Assembly: GCA_028534125.1 (NCBI GenBank)
Contig: CM052817.1
Span: 62,622,001 to 62,686,000, forward strand
Direction: 5' to 3'
Origin: Lama glama
Lineage: Eukaryota
Length of the DNA: 64,000 nt
Part shown: positions 12,697 through 26,159 of the stretch, piece after piece
Layout of the letters: each line of letters starts with the position of its first letter
Position numbering within the stretch: position 1 is the first letter of the stretch
Translations under genes and position numbers: made by a program
The notes under the pieces: generated by a model
What the model saw: only the letters and a program-made list of their open reading frames with translations
What the model was told of the DNA's origin: nothing
The model's database searches: none

Positions 12697-12929
12697 TTAA
12701 CAAGCCTTTTTGGAAACAAATGATCTATTAAAAAGAAGACAAAACACACTAACTTTAGCAATTTTCCAAATTATACAATCTGGAATGTCATATAAGTTTT
12801 TGATGCCCACCCCTTCTGTAAGTTTAATAGCAATTTTGATTTAATATTTGAGAAAATTGATGTACCATTTAACAAAAGTCAATTTTTGTTTGTATAATGC
12901 AAATATTATTTTTCTAAAGAGGAGAAATT

Positions 12930-13885
12930 TTGTCTCCTTCTTTGTGAAGAACCCAATCACGTGGATCCACCACCCAATCACAATTGATCATTCTCTCCTG
13001 GTGCCAATATCTGTTCTGAGTACACCTGTTAGTTATTACATGTAACCAACTGTCTACAACACAATTACATTTGCTTGTGCCTCTGATTTCTACCAAGAAT
13101 GCCTTAAGGGCACAGACTGTGTTTGTTCATTATTTTGTACATGCCTATTTCTTCAGCCTGGGTTATTGCAACCCTCCCAATTGCATTTCTACCTCCCACC
13201 TTGCCCCTTCTTCAACAGGTTCAAAAGGAAGTCAGAGCATCATACTCTTCTCTTCAAACTCTTTTCAATGGCTCCTCTTTTCCTTAAAACCAATGCCACA
13301 ATCCTTATCGTGACCCCCCAAAAAAACCTTTTTAATCTCTCCCTGGTGTTTCTGTGTGCCCATCTTCTGTACTTCCATATTCTCCCCCTCACGCACTCTG
13401 TTCCAGCCACATCATTTTCTGATTACTTCTTGAATAAGCCAAGCACATTCCCACCTTGTGGCCCGGGTGTGAATTCTTCTTCCTCCCAGAGTGCTTTCCT
13501 CCAGCCACTCACGTGGAGAACTCCTCACTTCAAGACTGAGCTCAGATGTCACATTTGCAGGGAGCCTTCTTTCAGCCGCTTCATGGATGTGCAGTTCTAC
13601 TCCACTCACAGCACCCCCCACTCCCTCCCACCCCCTAACCCTGCTGGTACTTTCTTTCCCCCATGATGTTTTCCATTTTTTAACAATTGTATAATTGACT
13701 TTTACTGTCTGCCTTCCCTGCTAGGACCCAGGCTCTATGACTACAGGAATTTTTTTTTAATTTATTGTCTGATTTATGACCAGCCCTGGTACATGTTAGG
13801 TTTTCCATAAATGTTTGTTCACTATCTGACCAACAAAAAAATGAAGAAAAGATATCAAATACTTGTCATAAATGAATGAATTAAC
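12930..13885 (+). mobile_element. L2 LINE 3' remnants
   Basis: CCTGGGTTATTGCAACCCTCC (SLGYCN, decayed L2 RLDYCN motif), CTGTTCCAGCCAC, GCTCAGATGTCAC, terminal ATAAATGTTTGTT/AAATGAATGAA. Confidence 0.75.
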
Positions 13886-15844
13886 TGAAAGTAACTGGGA
13901 GTCAGGAACTCCAAGAAAAGCTTATGTACTTTATAAATATAGAAGTAGTATTCTGGAAAGTCTAATCTTACATAATATTGAACTTAATATTATCTTGTAT
14001 TATGTCTCTTTCCTCTAATTTGTGATTTTTCCTTCTACTAGTTAAAAATACTCTGTCATATGTGTTGTTTCTTTCTCAAGGACAACACAACCTCTCTGAG
14101 GAAAACTCAGGCCCCCAATGTAGTACTGTTTTTTGCCACATCAGAAAATTGTGGGGAAATAAATAACTCCGGTTTCATCATTATGATAGCTAATGGCTTC
14201 AGGGATGACCTGAAAGCAGACAATATGGTCCAAACGTCGTCTCCATCTGTGTCTCTCCTGTCAAGGGAAATCGGTTTACATCATTTCTTATTTCTTTCTT
14301 GGTCCAAGTGACAAGTAGCCCATGCAGTGTTCAGCCCCGAACTCCAATGACTAGTGGAAGATGATGGACTGTGAATTGATAAGCGAGCCTAACTCTCCGT
14401 CAGAGCCACAGAACGCAACGAGCTCTGCCTCCATAAACTGTGCTCGGTGTGTTTGCGAGTGTGTGCACAGAAACCCGCGTGTGACTTCCTCGGGAAACCT
14501 GTCACAATAACTTGAATTGCTGTTTTCATCCTGATTCAGAAATGATTTGGAAAACAGGAAGACAGTACGTAGTTAGAAATGACGGATTAATGGGCTGTCA
14601 TGAAGGTATTCTATCATGGAAAGACCTTAAGGATATTTTTATGGAGCAGACGACTGCCCCAAGAAAACTGTAAACAAAGTGAAACCTTGCACAATTTGTG
14701 CTTTATCCTTTGCGTCAGTGTAAGATTTCGGAGGAGTTTCATGCCCCGATTCTGCAGTTAGATATGTGGCCTGAAATATCTTTAAATAAAATCGTCATTA
14801 TTACTAGTATCATCAGTGTCAGAAATAGCTTTTTAACTCCTCAGCTGTGCATGGTGCCGTGAATGCAGCGGAGTGGTCGAGGCTACAAAAAGACAGACAG
14901 ACAAAATTGTGCTTGCACATAATAAACAAAATGTAGCCCAAATTCTTGCTTTTGGCTGGATTGAAAGGCAGAGTAAAGGTTAATTATTTAAATATCTTTA
15001 CTTCGTGCAGTGATATATTTGCATGGCATTGGTCATAACTAAAATCATAATAAGGCCAACATGTCTAATATAGTCTAAAATGTCTAATACCTGTTCATAT
15101 ATACTGTTCTGCTAATACATGATATAAATTTGATCTGAGTTCATTATAGAAAAATAAGAGAAAATGGAGATAAGAGATTCTATTCTGAAAAATGATACTT
15201 ATAGAATTAATAGTCTTCATTTCCACGTAGGAAAAAATACATAGAGCAATAAACACTTTTACAAAAAAACAGATTGAAAGAGTTTGGAGGTGTTCTACCA
15301 GGAAATTACAATCACACACAGTGACCTTTGTTAAATAATTTGACATCATTTTTATTCAAATAAATTGCTAGGTTAGTAACCAAGTGGAGAAACAGTATAG
15401 GTTTTATATGACCCATTGAGATGCCTCAGTTCTACATTATCTATCACATTAGGAGTAAGGGATTAGTTAATTAAACTTTATTCTTAGAAAGAAATCACTG
15501 AAATAATCTTCACCAGGAGTTCCTATCATATGGGCCTTGGATGCCCCAGTGACCTTGAGGTGTGGCCATGAGGCTAAGAATCCATATACGGTCAACATCG
15601 TGGACTGTATAGATACATGACCATTTTTGACATGAGGTCCATTACCTGTTTCAACAAGTCATCATTTAAGTATGGGAAATACAGGCATGAAATATTTCAA
15701 CGATGTGTTCCTAGTCACAATTCTAGTAAGTGAAAGAGTAGTATTCAAATATCCACTAAACCACATAGCCTCAGATGAATGTACTTATCGCTAGATCTCT
15801 TACTGAATGGCAAAAAAAGCTTTTAAATATGCGGCGTGACCCAT

Positions 15845-16174
15845 TGTCTCGGTCGGCTGAGGCTGGGTTGGCTTAAACAGCATAAAGCTATTTTTTCAGA
15901 GCTCTGAAGGTTGAAAGTCTGAGGTCAGGGTGCCAGTGTGGTCTGCTTCTGGTGAGAGCTCTCTTCCTGGCTTGCGGGGCGTTTTTCTCACTGTGTCCTC
16001 ACGTTGTGGAGTGAGAGATCTCTCTCTCTTCCTCTTCTTAAAAGGTCACAGTTCTACTGCCTTAGGGCCCCATCCTTATGACCTCAATTAACCTGAATTA
16101 TCTCCAGATACAGTACATGAGGCTTATGGCTTCAACATATGAATTTTGGGAGGGACACAACTCGGTACATAGCA
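15845..16174 (-). mobile_element. MaLR LTR, MLT1A-like, antisense
   Basis: AAGTCTGAGGTCAGGGTGCCAG...TTCTGGTGAGAGCTCTCTTCCTGGCTTGC...GGCTTCAACATATGAATTTTGGGAGGGACACAA; flanks CCCAT/CCCCT near 5-bp TSD. Confidence 0.85.
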
Positions 16175-18361
16175 CCCCTTAATATCTCAAACTTTGATTA
16201 CATTGTGTTCTGTATAAATTACTCAAAACTCCATCTTAACCAGGTCTAGACAGCAGCTTACACATTCATTTTCTTTCAGAACTTAAACTCAGATTTGTTA
16301 TAAAACTATATTTTCATAGAAAGACTAAAGGCCTCGGGTGTTTTTTTCCCCAGGGGTGGTCATGGTTTTTATATATAGCACTTTTTTTTTAATGTGGAAA
16401 CATAAGTTATGAATCTATTTGATAGGTGGGTAGAGCCTTGTATAGTGTCTTTTGGCTTGGATCATTTCAAAACAATATTTTTAGGGACAGAAGATTTCTA
16501 CAGATACGGTAGTAGTACATTTCTCTTGGTTAGCTATAAGCACAAATCACAAAATATTAATATTGAGACAGGAAACGCAATTACTTTCCCATCTTGAATT
16601 AATACTGCTAACATACATGAATCATATCCCTGAAACTATATTTTGTATTACCCTTCCTGCTGAATAAAAAATTTAGAGTAAATTTGGTACACTTGTCTAT
16701 AGAGATGGCAAGAATTCTAATATATGGATTTCATTAGCTGTGCATTCAGAATTCCTTTTATGCTGCGAACAATTGCTGGAAAACAATGCACTCTTGAGAT
16801 TTGCCAATGTAACTGAAAATATATGGATGAATAAGAGCACAGAAGCTTGACCTATTTAATTAACATGGTGATATTGAGGCTTCAGGATATAACATGATTG
16901 TGCTTGGGACATTTTTGATTATTGTAAAAATGATCTGAAATTTAGTAGGATAAGGGCATTTGCATTGTTATTCTTTTTTTTCATTGTTATTCTTAATAAT
17001 GGATCAATAATAATTATTGTTGTGCTGATAAATGGATAGTAGGATTAGAGACAGAATGAGTAAGGGATATATAATGGCTGTTTAAAGCTTCTGCTAATGT
17101 TTATTCAAATACAAATCAAAGTCCAGTAATGAAAGATAAAATAGTAGGTTAGCTATAATATACAAGGAACAACAGGCATTGTTTTCCATTCAGCTGGGTT
17201 TGGCTTGTGATCAAAGGCAGCCTTGAAAGAAACAGGCTGAGTGGAAGGAATCTCCAAACATATTTCAAAGATTATGTTTGTCTATCAAGGAACAGAATGG
17301 TGCTGTCATAGGTTTGTCAAAATAAATGCAGAGATACCATTACTCTTTGTCTTCCTGGTGCATTTCAGCTACCCATCAGTGGAAATAATTTTCCTATTTC
17401 CAGTTACTTCATGTTCCTTGTATGCTTTTTTTACAGGTGTTGTCTGGCATAGAATATGTTGATAGAAATAGATTTGTCTATTCCTGCTTACTACTCACTA
17501 GAAATGGAAACGTGTCTGAAAGCTTACTTTTGTCATTCTATCTAAGGTTCTCTTTGAATTCTCAATTTTAAAATTTTTAAAAATATTTTAAAAATTTGCA
17601 TTGTGGACACTTTTAAAAATGAAATGTTATCAAATACACCAATAAAGTATATTTTCAGTGAAATGCATAAAAGACTTAAACAGACCCCAAAAGACCTAGT
17701 AATAATGTAAAAAATATTTTCTAATCAATTTCTAATAAAGCAGTTTACAATTATTTTTTAAAATAAATTCTGGATACATATTTTGAAAAAGCATAAACAT
17801 TTTTCTGCATGCATACTGACATTTGAGTTGAGTTGTTTGCTGCCATAGAGGGAATTGTTTAAACTTCTTTATGGTATAACACAAGCTTTTTCCTCATAAG
17901 CCTTTTCAGTATCATTTTTAGTTTCTTAAAAAACAGACAAACAAAAAAGTCCCTCAAAACAACGTATATTAGTCTTGAGATTAAGTTGATTGTCCATTTT
18001 TTAATGTTCATTTTTCTCTGAAAAATTTCATTCTTCTCAAGTTTGAGTCAATTCAGATATGAAATATTTGTTCTATTTATCACTTGAATACAATCACCTT
18101 CTCCAAATACCCAGCAGGGGGCCAGTCCTCAGTTTAAGGGAAACAGTAGTTGGTAATCAATATGCCTTTATATTAGCCCTGGAGGCCTTAAGTGATTTTG
18201 AGAAGTAGCATAAATTCCAGAAATTCTGCAAGCATTGTTCAGATACAATTTTATGGTCCATTCATATTGATGAGTTCAAGATAAGCTTTCTTTCAATGAG
18301 ATTTTTAATCTTATTGTTTTAATAGTTTGCTTTATTGTAAGTTTTGTTTAAAAACACGTCC

Positions 18362-19842
18362 AAGTTCTATCTCTGGCCCAGATGGACTAACAGGGACCAG
18401 GTACATCCTCCTACCTGAAACAACCGAAGTTAAAACTTACAAAATGAAGGTTTGCAATCCAGTTCCATCAGACAGTGAAGTACAGTGATCCCAAAGAGCC
18501 AAGAAATAAACTACGTGAGCCTAAGTGAGTCCCAGTTTACGGTCTTGAGAGAGTTTTCAGGTTGTTCAGGGAAAAGGAACCTTAGCAGATTGGGGAGCCT
18601 CCTGACTTGAGGACAGAGTCAGTATTTGGGGTGACCAGGGCTACTAGTGTTTTCCAGACAGAGTACCGGAGAAGAGAGAGAACAGAGAACACTGGAGACC
18701 TGCAGGGGGTCTCTCAGTTATTCAGCTGAATATTGATTAACGCATGCATATGAGGAAAATAACCCTAAGCAGGTGAGAAACAGCTGAAAGGATGAGAAGC
18801 GACCGTCCCCAGCAGACACACAGGGCCAGCAATGGTGCCTTTTTCCACCAGCCAGACTGAAAAACTTCACAATGCATGGGTAATTGGGTAGAGTTCTCAG
18901 AATAATGAACTCTAAAGTAAATGCTGTTCTGTCACCCCTAAAAACTCTAAAAGCAAGACCTAAAAGGATCCAACTCTACAATTAAATTAACTGCATCCAG
19001 GGAGGAAAATAGTTCACGTATATTTATAGAAATATAACATTATATAGTAAAATTTACAATGTCTGGCACCCAATGATAAATAACCCAGCATACCAAGGAG
19101 CAGGGGAATACTATCCACACTGAGAGGAGCCAGTTAAAACCGACCCGCAACTGACATAGATGTCAGAACTCCCTGATGAAACATGGTAACGGTTATTATA
19201 ACAGTGTTCCATATTTTTAGAAAGTTAAGTAGAGACACATAAGTAACAGACTAAAATCAAACTTCAAGAAATGAAAACTATGTCTTGCATGAAAAATACA
19301 TGGACTGGGATTAAAAAGTAGAATAGACATTGCAGAAGACATGATCATGAATCTGAAGACTTATCAATAAAATCTATCAAAATTCAAGCACAGAAAGGAG
19401 AATTAAAAAAAAAAGAAAAGAAAAGAACAAAACATCAATGAGTGGGGGGTGACTTCAAGTACCTAAGATGTGCAGATGGAGTCCCTGATTGGAGGTAGAG
19501 GTGGAAGAACAGAGTATTTGAAGAAATATTGGATGAACATTTTCCAAATTTGATGAAAACTGAAGACCCACAGATCCAAAACTTATAAAACTACAGTAAT
19601 AACAGTGTGGTATTGGCATAAAGATAGAGACACATTTTAGACAAACGGAACAAAATAGAGGAAGTTTCCAAAATTTATGAGGACATGTTTGGAAGTGATA
19701 GTATTTGTGTTATCTTTATTTGTTTCACGGATGTATAAAACATTTCGTGGGTACATATATTTGTCAAATGTGTCGCAATTTACAATTTTAGTAGTGTCAG
19801 ATTATTTTACGTCAATTAGATTTCAATACAACTGTTAAAAAA
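18362..19842 (+). mobile_element. Ancient L1M element: 5' UTR/ORF1 remnant, short ORF2 piece, 3' end
   Basis: CAGATGGACTAACAGGGACCAGG...CCTGAAACAAC (L1M 5' end); TTTCCAAATTTGATGAAAAC...CCACAGATCCAA (ORF1); AAAACTACAGTAAT...GTGTGGTATTGGCATAAAGATAGA (ORF2); GTCAATTAGATTTCAATACAACTGTTAAAAAA (3' end). Confidence 0.75.
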
Positions 19843-20699
19843 TAAGACATTTCCTCAAGTGCAAAATACTAAGGATAATTTCAGAAATAAAGAAAAACAC
19901 TCCCAACTGCTTTATGATTTCGTTCTCAAGAAGTTAAAATTACTTACAAATATTTTCATGCCCATAGGAAATGGCCTATTTGCGTTCTTTAGTCTATGTG
20001 CCAAGAAGTATTTATTCAGCACCCGCATTCTACCACTGCGATGTGCAGGCAGCTGGGGTCCGTGAAAGTGATGATGTGCTCGCTGATCATCTAATAATTT
20101 AATTGGGAGTCTTCCATTACATGCATTATTTTTATTTTATCCTGCTTTGTCTACATACATATGTTCTTTTCATACAGACAAATACCAAAAGTATGATATT
20201 TCAATTTACTTAAGTCTCTTAGAAGGAGATCAGTACCTGGTTACTGAGACATTCTTTTTTGGATAAAAACATTCTTTAAAAAAAAAAAAAGAGTCCAAAT
20301 TTGTTATCAAATGATTAATATCCTATACTTCCAAAGTTAAAGTCTGCAGTTTTCAAAAGTCATTCTTACTTTATTCATATAACCGCCATGATCCCAAATC
20401 CTTACTCATGTCTATGGTAATTTGTTAATATGCTGATCTTCCATCAATTACACATTTTTGTTTTCTGATTTTAAAGAGAAACTGAAACATCCTATGCATA
20501 TTTATAGTGAACTGAACAAACATGATTTATGTCTAAGTCAAAACATAAGCATTAAAAACATCAGGTCCAGAGGTTTCACTTTTCTCCAGGCTTACCAGGC
20601 TTACTTTTCCATAGTAAATGATTCCACAGCTTACAAGCATTTCTATCTCCAATGGGTATCTGCTGTAAATAGCATTTCTTTGTTATGTTAGATTCATAC

Positions 20700-20753
20700 A
20701 ACACAAAATAAAAACTTTTTAACACAAAATAAATACTTGTTTAACACAAAATA
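20700..20753. repeat. Short tandem repeat, about 2.5 copies of a 21-22 bp unit
   Basis: AACACAAAATAAAAACTTTTT / AACACAAAATAAATACTTGTTT / AACACAAAATA. Confidence 0.85.
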
Positions 20754-23589
20754 TGCCATATGATTCACTTATTTCACTGAAATTCAATCCATTTTGTGGT
20801 TGTCTTTATAACTTAAGGACAAGGGTCATCTTTTCCAAAAGATATTTCTCATCTCTGAAAATGATACCATTTAGTAATAAAGGAAACATAAGAGAAAATA
20901 CAATCTTTGAATGTGAATGACAGAGACTCCAGTTGGTGGACAATTACTTAAGAAAAAAGCAAACAGCTCTTATTAGTAGACTGCTTTGGTATTCAGCAAG
21001 CACTTTCACATATATTATCTCATTTAATCTTCACAACACAGCTATATGTTAAATGTGATTTGTGTAGGAGCAAGTTGATACACAGATGAAGTAAATTAAT
21101 TTTTTTTATTACTGACACCATGTTTTATTGCACAGGAGATTTAGAGTGACAAGTAAAATGATTTGCTGAAAACCTCACTAGGAAGTGGCAAAGCTGGGGT
21201 GTCAAGCCATGTTTTCTGTTTCCAGTTAATTGTTTGAGGCTAAGTATAATGACAACATTGCTTTGAATAATGCATCATTTCCCAATGATGAATACTGGCA
21301 GCTCAGGCTTTGGGTGCATTTAATTGCAAGAAAGTTGGTTGTCCAGGGGCACTAGAAAGTGCCTAGAGAGCGAGTGCAGTCTGATACAGCTGACTTGAAC
21401 TCACGGGAGAAAAGGAAGTGAGGATAACTGGGAAGAGGGTCTAATCGTGGTGGGGGGACCGACTCCATTTCACTTAGCCTGGGCAGTATCAAAATCTCTG
21501 AAGGTTCAGAGGATTTCCAGGAGTGTTCGTTTTTACAGAACAGTGAAATTTATTACTGCACCAAGTGTTAGTTTCTTTCTCCTTCAAAATATGATTAGTA
21601 GTACTACCTGTGCCCACCATAATGTGTATCAAATCTGTGCAACCACTTCCAATATTTCCCATTGCCTCTCCTGGAGAGCAGATGGTGATCAAATCACCAA
21701 GGTTAGAAAATGAAAAAAGTTATTTCTAATCGGAATGAATGGTCTACCAGGTAAGTAAAACACTGGCATGAAGTAAATCCTTCAATCCTTGCCCCAGACA
21801 CTGTGCCTCTTCTCAACGGTATTCTCCCAACCCTCCCCAAGAAAGAACTAACACCCTGGATTTAAGTTGATCATCTCCTTGTTTATATTTTTTACCCCTT
21901 TATTTTCTAAATAACACTTCTCTGTGAATACATTATTTAAAAGACAAATTTCCTAGAGAGAAATATGAAATGCAATGCATTGACTGTTTTATGAAATCAT
22001 ACATTATAAAAATTCATTGTAATATATAAAAAAATTTTTTTTGAAGTGAAAAAAGAACTAAGATTACCTTGACAAAGAAGTCACAGTGTAAGTTTGTTAT
22101 TTTAATTTTTAATGTTAAAAATGAAGCTACTCAAATAGTAATCGTTACTATCTCCCTTTGGGGATACCACTTTAGAATTCACAACTTTACTAAAATGTAG
22201 ATAACTGAGTATTAGTCTTGCAGCAGGGTTCATCAAGTGTGCTGTTCTGCCCAAAGTTCTGACTAAGTTCAAATCTTGACCTCTGCTGATGAAAGCTGGT
22301 TACTCTGGGCAAGTTAATTTAATGATAAGCTCATATAAATCCAGAAAATACTCTTCAGTTGGCCACTTATGAAAAAATACTGCAGAACGATTATTGCCTA
22401 TGCAAAATATAATCATTTAATTAAAATATTCTTGGCTTTTGAAATTGCTTGCTCCTTAAGCAAATCCATAGGGTGCTTTAAAAAATGAAATTATAATGGT
22501 ATATTCCATTTTCTTCAGTTGCTAGCACATGAATACCAGTCATAAAAATGTTTCTGTATAGTCTGCACACTTTATACCTATATGCTAAGCATTGATACTA
22601 ATTGGACTTTAATCAAAATTAGTTTATTTCTCACCTTATGATAATAGCGATAATTATACTGAGGAAAGACAAGGTGAAGATGTCCTCTGGATAGGCTAAA
22701 TAAAACACAGATGCCGAGACTCATCCTTAAACTACTTGATAATTAATTGTGTAAGAATGTTTTTTGCTAGCCAGGGATATGCAGAGCCATCACACAACCA
22801 AAAACAACAACGACAAAAGCCCCCACAAAAAAGCGTTTGTTCTTTTTGGATTTGACAGCATAATGATAAAAAGGGTATACTAATTAGTTGTCCTACCTTT
22901 GTGTCTTATGGATTGCAACTACACATAATTATACTGAGGAGTCTTGAGGAAGATGAAACCATGGACTAATCAATGTCTCAGCAGCACTGCTAAATTGCTT
23001 ACCATCTTATACTTTTACACAGAGTTTCTGTGAAAAGAAAAGGGCAGCGGTGGTACGAGAGCATAATGCTATAGCTGTAATGTGAAGCTGGTGATTTTTT
23101 TTGGTTTTTTTTTTTTTGGTTTGTATAAAATTTTAACTTCTCAGGGAGAGAGAATGACATTGAATTACCAGTTTCAGATAATTTATTACAAATTTGAAAG
23201 CTTAAAAATATATATCTACGGTTAAAATTTTAAAAAATGTTTTATTTTTCCCTTCTTTGATCTCAGCCCATCAGAAAATCAGTTGATCATTTCCCCTATC
23301 CTGGTATAAATCATCTCTAAGGGGCTTAAAACAATCAAGGAGCAAAATCTTGGCAAAGGGAGCCAAGTGTGAAGGAAGATGCTTGAAATAAGCACAGAAG
23401 AAAGGACTTTTGAGTAATAGCAGGAGCCTTTGGCAGGTAATCTATCACCTGGAAGACTGCACCTCCACTAAACCTTCTAGCCCCATCATTTGGTCAGGAA
23501 GAGACATACACAATGGAGGGAAGCCAGGATTCCTGGAATGCTTTTGAGTTTGGTGGGGCAGGAGCATCATACGACCTTGCTTACCAAGG

Positions 23590-24640
23590 GGACTTCTTCC
23601 TCCTTAACACATGATTTTCCCTTGGGTCCTAGGATGCATGCTCCCCTCACTTTGCTGTCACTCACTGGACCTTCCTATTCAGCTACTGCTGGTGTTGCCA
23701 CTTCTTTCAGTCTTCTCAGTGCTGCAGTGTCCCCAGCCTCCGTCTCGGCCCCCTCCATTTCTCCATCTACAGCCAGTTCATCTTCCATAAGCTCATCTAA
23801 TTCCATATCTTTAAATAGTACGTATATGTTGATAACTCTCAATTCCTCTTTTTATTTATATTTTGCCTCTCAGTTCCCTCTCCTCAAATACAGAGTCGTA
23901 TATCCACTGATTTTCCTGCTTCTGTTACTCCTACTCTGATTCAAAGCTTCTACTCTTGTTCTTGGGGATTATGCAGTCGTTTTCTAACAGATGTCCTTGA
24001 TTTGACTCATAACTTACCCCCATGGCCCCACTCTTTACACTCAAACTGAGAAACCAGAGTGATTTTTTTAATACATAAATCAGACAATATCTCTTCTCTA
24101 TCCGAAGCCCTACAGTGGTGCCCCCATTCACTAAGCGTGGGAGCTAAACTCATGATGGCCTACGAGGTCCGGGTCACCTTACCTTTCTGCCCTTAGATTT
24201 ACCTCCCCCTCCTCTTTCACTCCATTACAGCACAGTAGCCTCTGCATAGTGCTAGGGATGTTCCAGACAAGCTCCTGTCTTCAGGCATCTCCTCCAGCCC
24301 TCAGCCTGGAATTTCCTTCTGTCAGATGTATTTTTGAATTTGGCTAAATCTTTCATCTTCTTGAAGTTTCCCCATAGTTAACCTTCTCAAAACATTACAC
24401 TTTTTATCCCTTGTTCAACATTAAAACCACCCCCATCAATACATTGTTCCTGCTGTGATCATGTTTTATTTTTTCCACAGCACTTCTTATTTCCTTGTAC
24501 ACAACAGAATGTACCCCCTAATGATGTTTATGGTTTAACATCTGTCACTCACCACCAGGATGTAAGCCAAACAAAAAACAAGTATCCTTTTTTGGAGATA
24601 TTCAGGGACTAGAACAATACCCTGTGTCAATATTTGTTAC
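23590..24640 (+). mobile_element. L2 LINE remnant
   Basis: Pyrimidine-rich; CTTGGGGATTATGCAGTCG (decayed LDYCN region), CCAGAGTGATTTTTTAATACATAAATCAGA, GCTCCTGTCTTCAGGCATCT, end TCAATATTTGTT. Confidence 0.75.
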
Positions 24641-25104
24641 AGAAACAAAATTGGAAAGAGAGGTAAGGAGAGACAGAACATCAGTATGTTTATAAAAGCT
24701 TTCCCACATGAGCGAAGAAACCAAAGGGAATACCGCAGGAGATTCTCATACAGAAGTATTGCAACTTCAGCAGTTGTGCGATTGCACTTCGAGATACAAA
24801 AACAGCTATACCAATTTCAATACAGTTGATAAAGACGGTGTAATTAGGAGAAAAGGTTAAATTTTCAAATAATAGATTTCAAGCAATTTCAGAGATGGAG
24901 AATTTGCATCTCAGCCATAGAACCTACATGGGGCACAGGTGTGGAAATGTGTGGAACACAGAATGAGATAAAAACAGAGGGAAGTAAGTAGATTGTGAAG
25001 AAAAAGAAGAGCTCCTGCCCTAGAACTGTGACAGAGATGGCTGTCACTAGTCTCTGATAAGGGACAGAGCAGTGATCTATCTGAGAGGGGGCACATTGAC
25101 AGGC

Positions 25105-25320
25105 TAACAGCATGGTTTCTGGAGCCAGGCTGCGCAGTCCAGTTACGAGCTTTGTGATCTTGGCCAGTAATTTCCCCTCTCTGGGTTTTAGTTTCCTCAT
25201 CTCTAAAATGAATAGAATAGTAGCACACCAAACTCATAGAGAGGTTACTAGGATTAGAAGAGTATAAGCCTGTTAGGCCAGCATCTGGAACACAGTGAAA
25301 GCTGTGTAAGTATGAATTAG
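25105..25320 (+). mobile_element. MIR SINE
   Basis: TCTGGAGCCAGGCTGC...GTGATCTTGGCCAGTAA...AGTTTCCTCATCTCTAAAATG. Confidence 0.8.
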
Positions 25321-26159
25321 CAGCAGGAGTTACTCCCTGCAGTGATGCACAGTATGATGACATTTAAAACTGTAGTTCCCATAGGGGCAGTTCGACACAG
25401 AATTCCAGATGCACATATTCACTGGCAATCAGAAGTGATTTCAAATGTCCTGGTGAGAGACACTGTTAAAGGAAAGATTGTGGACCAATAAACTCGAGAA
25501 ACACTACATACCATTTGCACCTCTTTTAGAGATTCATTTCTACAAAGATCTGCTTTGTCCTATACTAAAGAAATTGAACTGCCTCTGTTTAATTAAACAA
25601 ATTCCCTAAAATATTTGATTATAGAAACTTCAGTTTTAAAATATCTACTAACATTCTATATTTATACTTAAGAGGGAACTGACACATTTATATTGGAAAT
25701 ACTGGTACCCTTAACACTAACTTGCTTATATTGAATTCATACTGTTTTGTGGTATTACCTTGCTAACTGACAACCTTCTGATTTTGCCAGTGTTGTTATT
25801 TATACAGAAGTGCTTCAGCTATCATATTAATCTCTTCAATGTGCTTTCACTATAAAGTATAAATCAAAAGATATTTGTGAATAAAATTGAACATTACAAA
25901 TAAAAATTAGCATTGCAATGTTAAAAAAAAATCCTAATAAGATGGAGGCATCAAGGCAAAGAATTAAGCATGCCCTAATGGCTAATTTTTAGCCTCATCT
26001 GTTAGTTCAAATTAATGTAGTCTAATTTGATTGAACATGAAAAAAATATATATAACATCAACAAAACCCAGGACATACATCATTAAAAAGCATACGGAAA
26101 ATCTGAGATTTAAAGACCGGGTTTTTGAAGTGGTCCGGAGAAGATGACACTTACCTGAC

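Noticed and set aside
13166..13666. 166-aa ORF
   Set aside because: Lies within a decayed L2; low-complexity translation
17565..17600. AT-rich near-palindrome (possible cruciform)
   Set aside because: Low-complexity A/T runs; expected by chance at this base composition
20700..20753. Repeat-spacer (CRISPR-like) array
   Set aside because: Simple head-to-tail tandem repeat without unique spacers, in a mammalian context
23490..23939. 149-aa Ser-rich ORF
   Set aside because: Reads through pyrimidine-rich L2 remnant; non-ATG start
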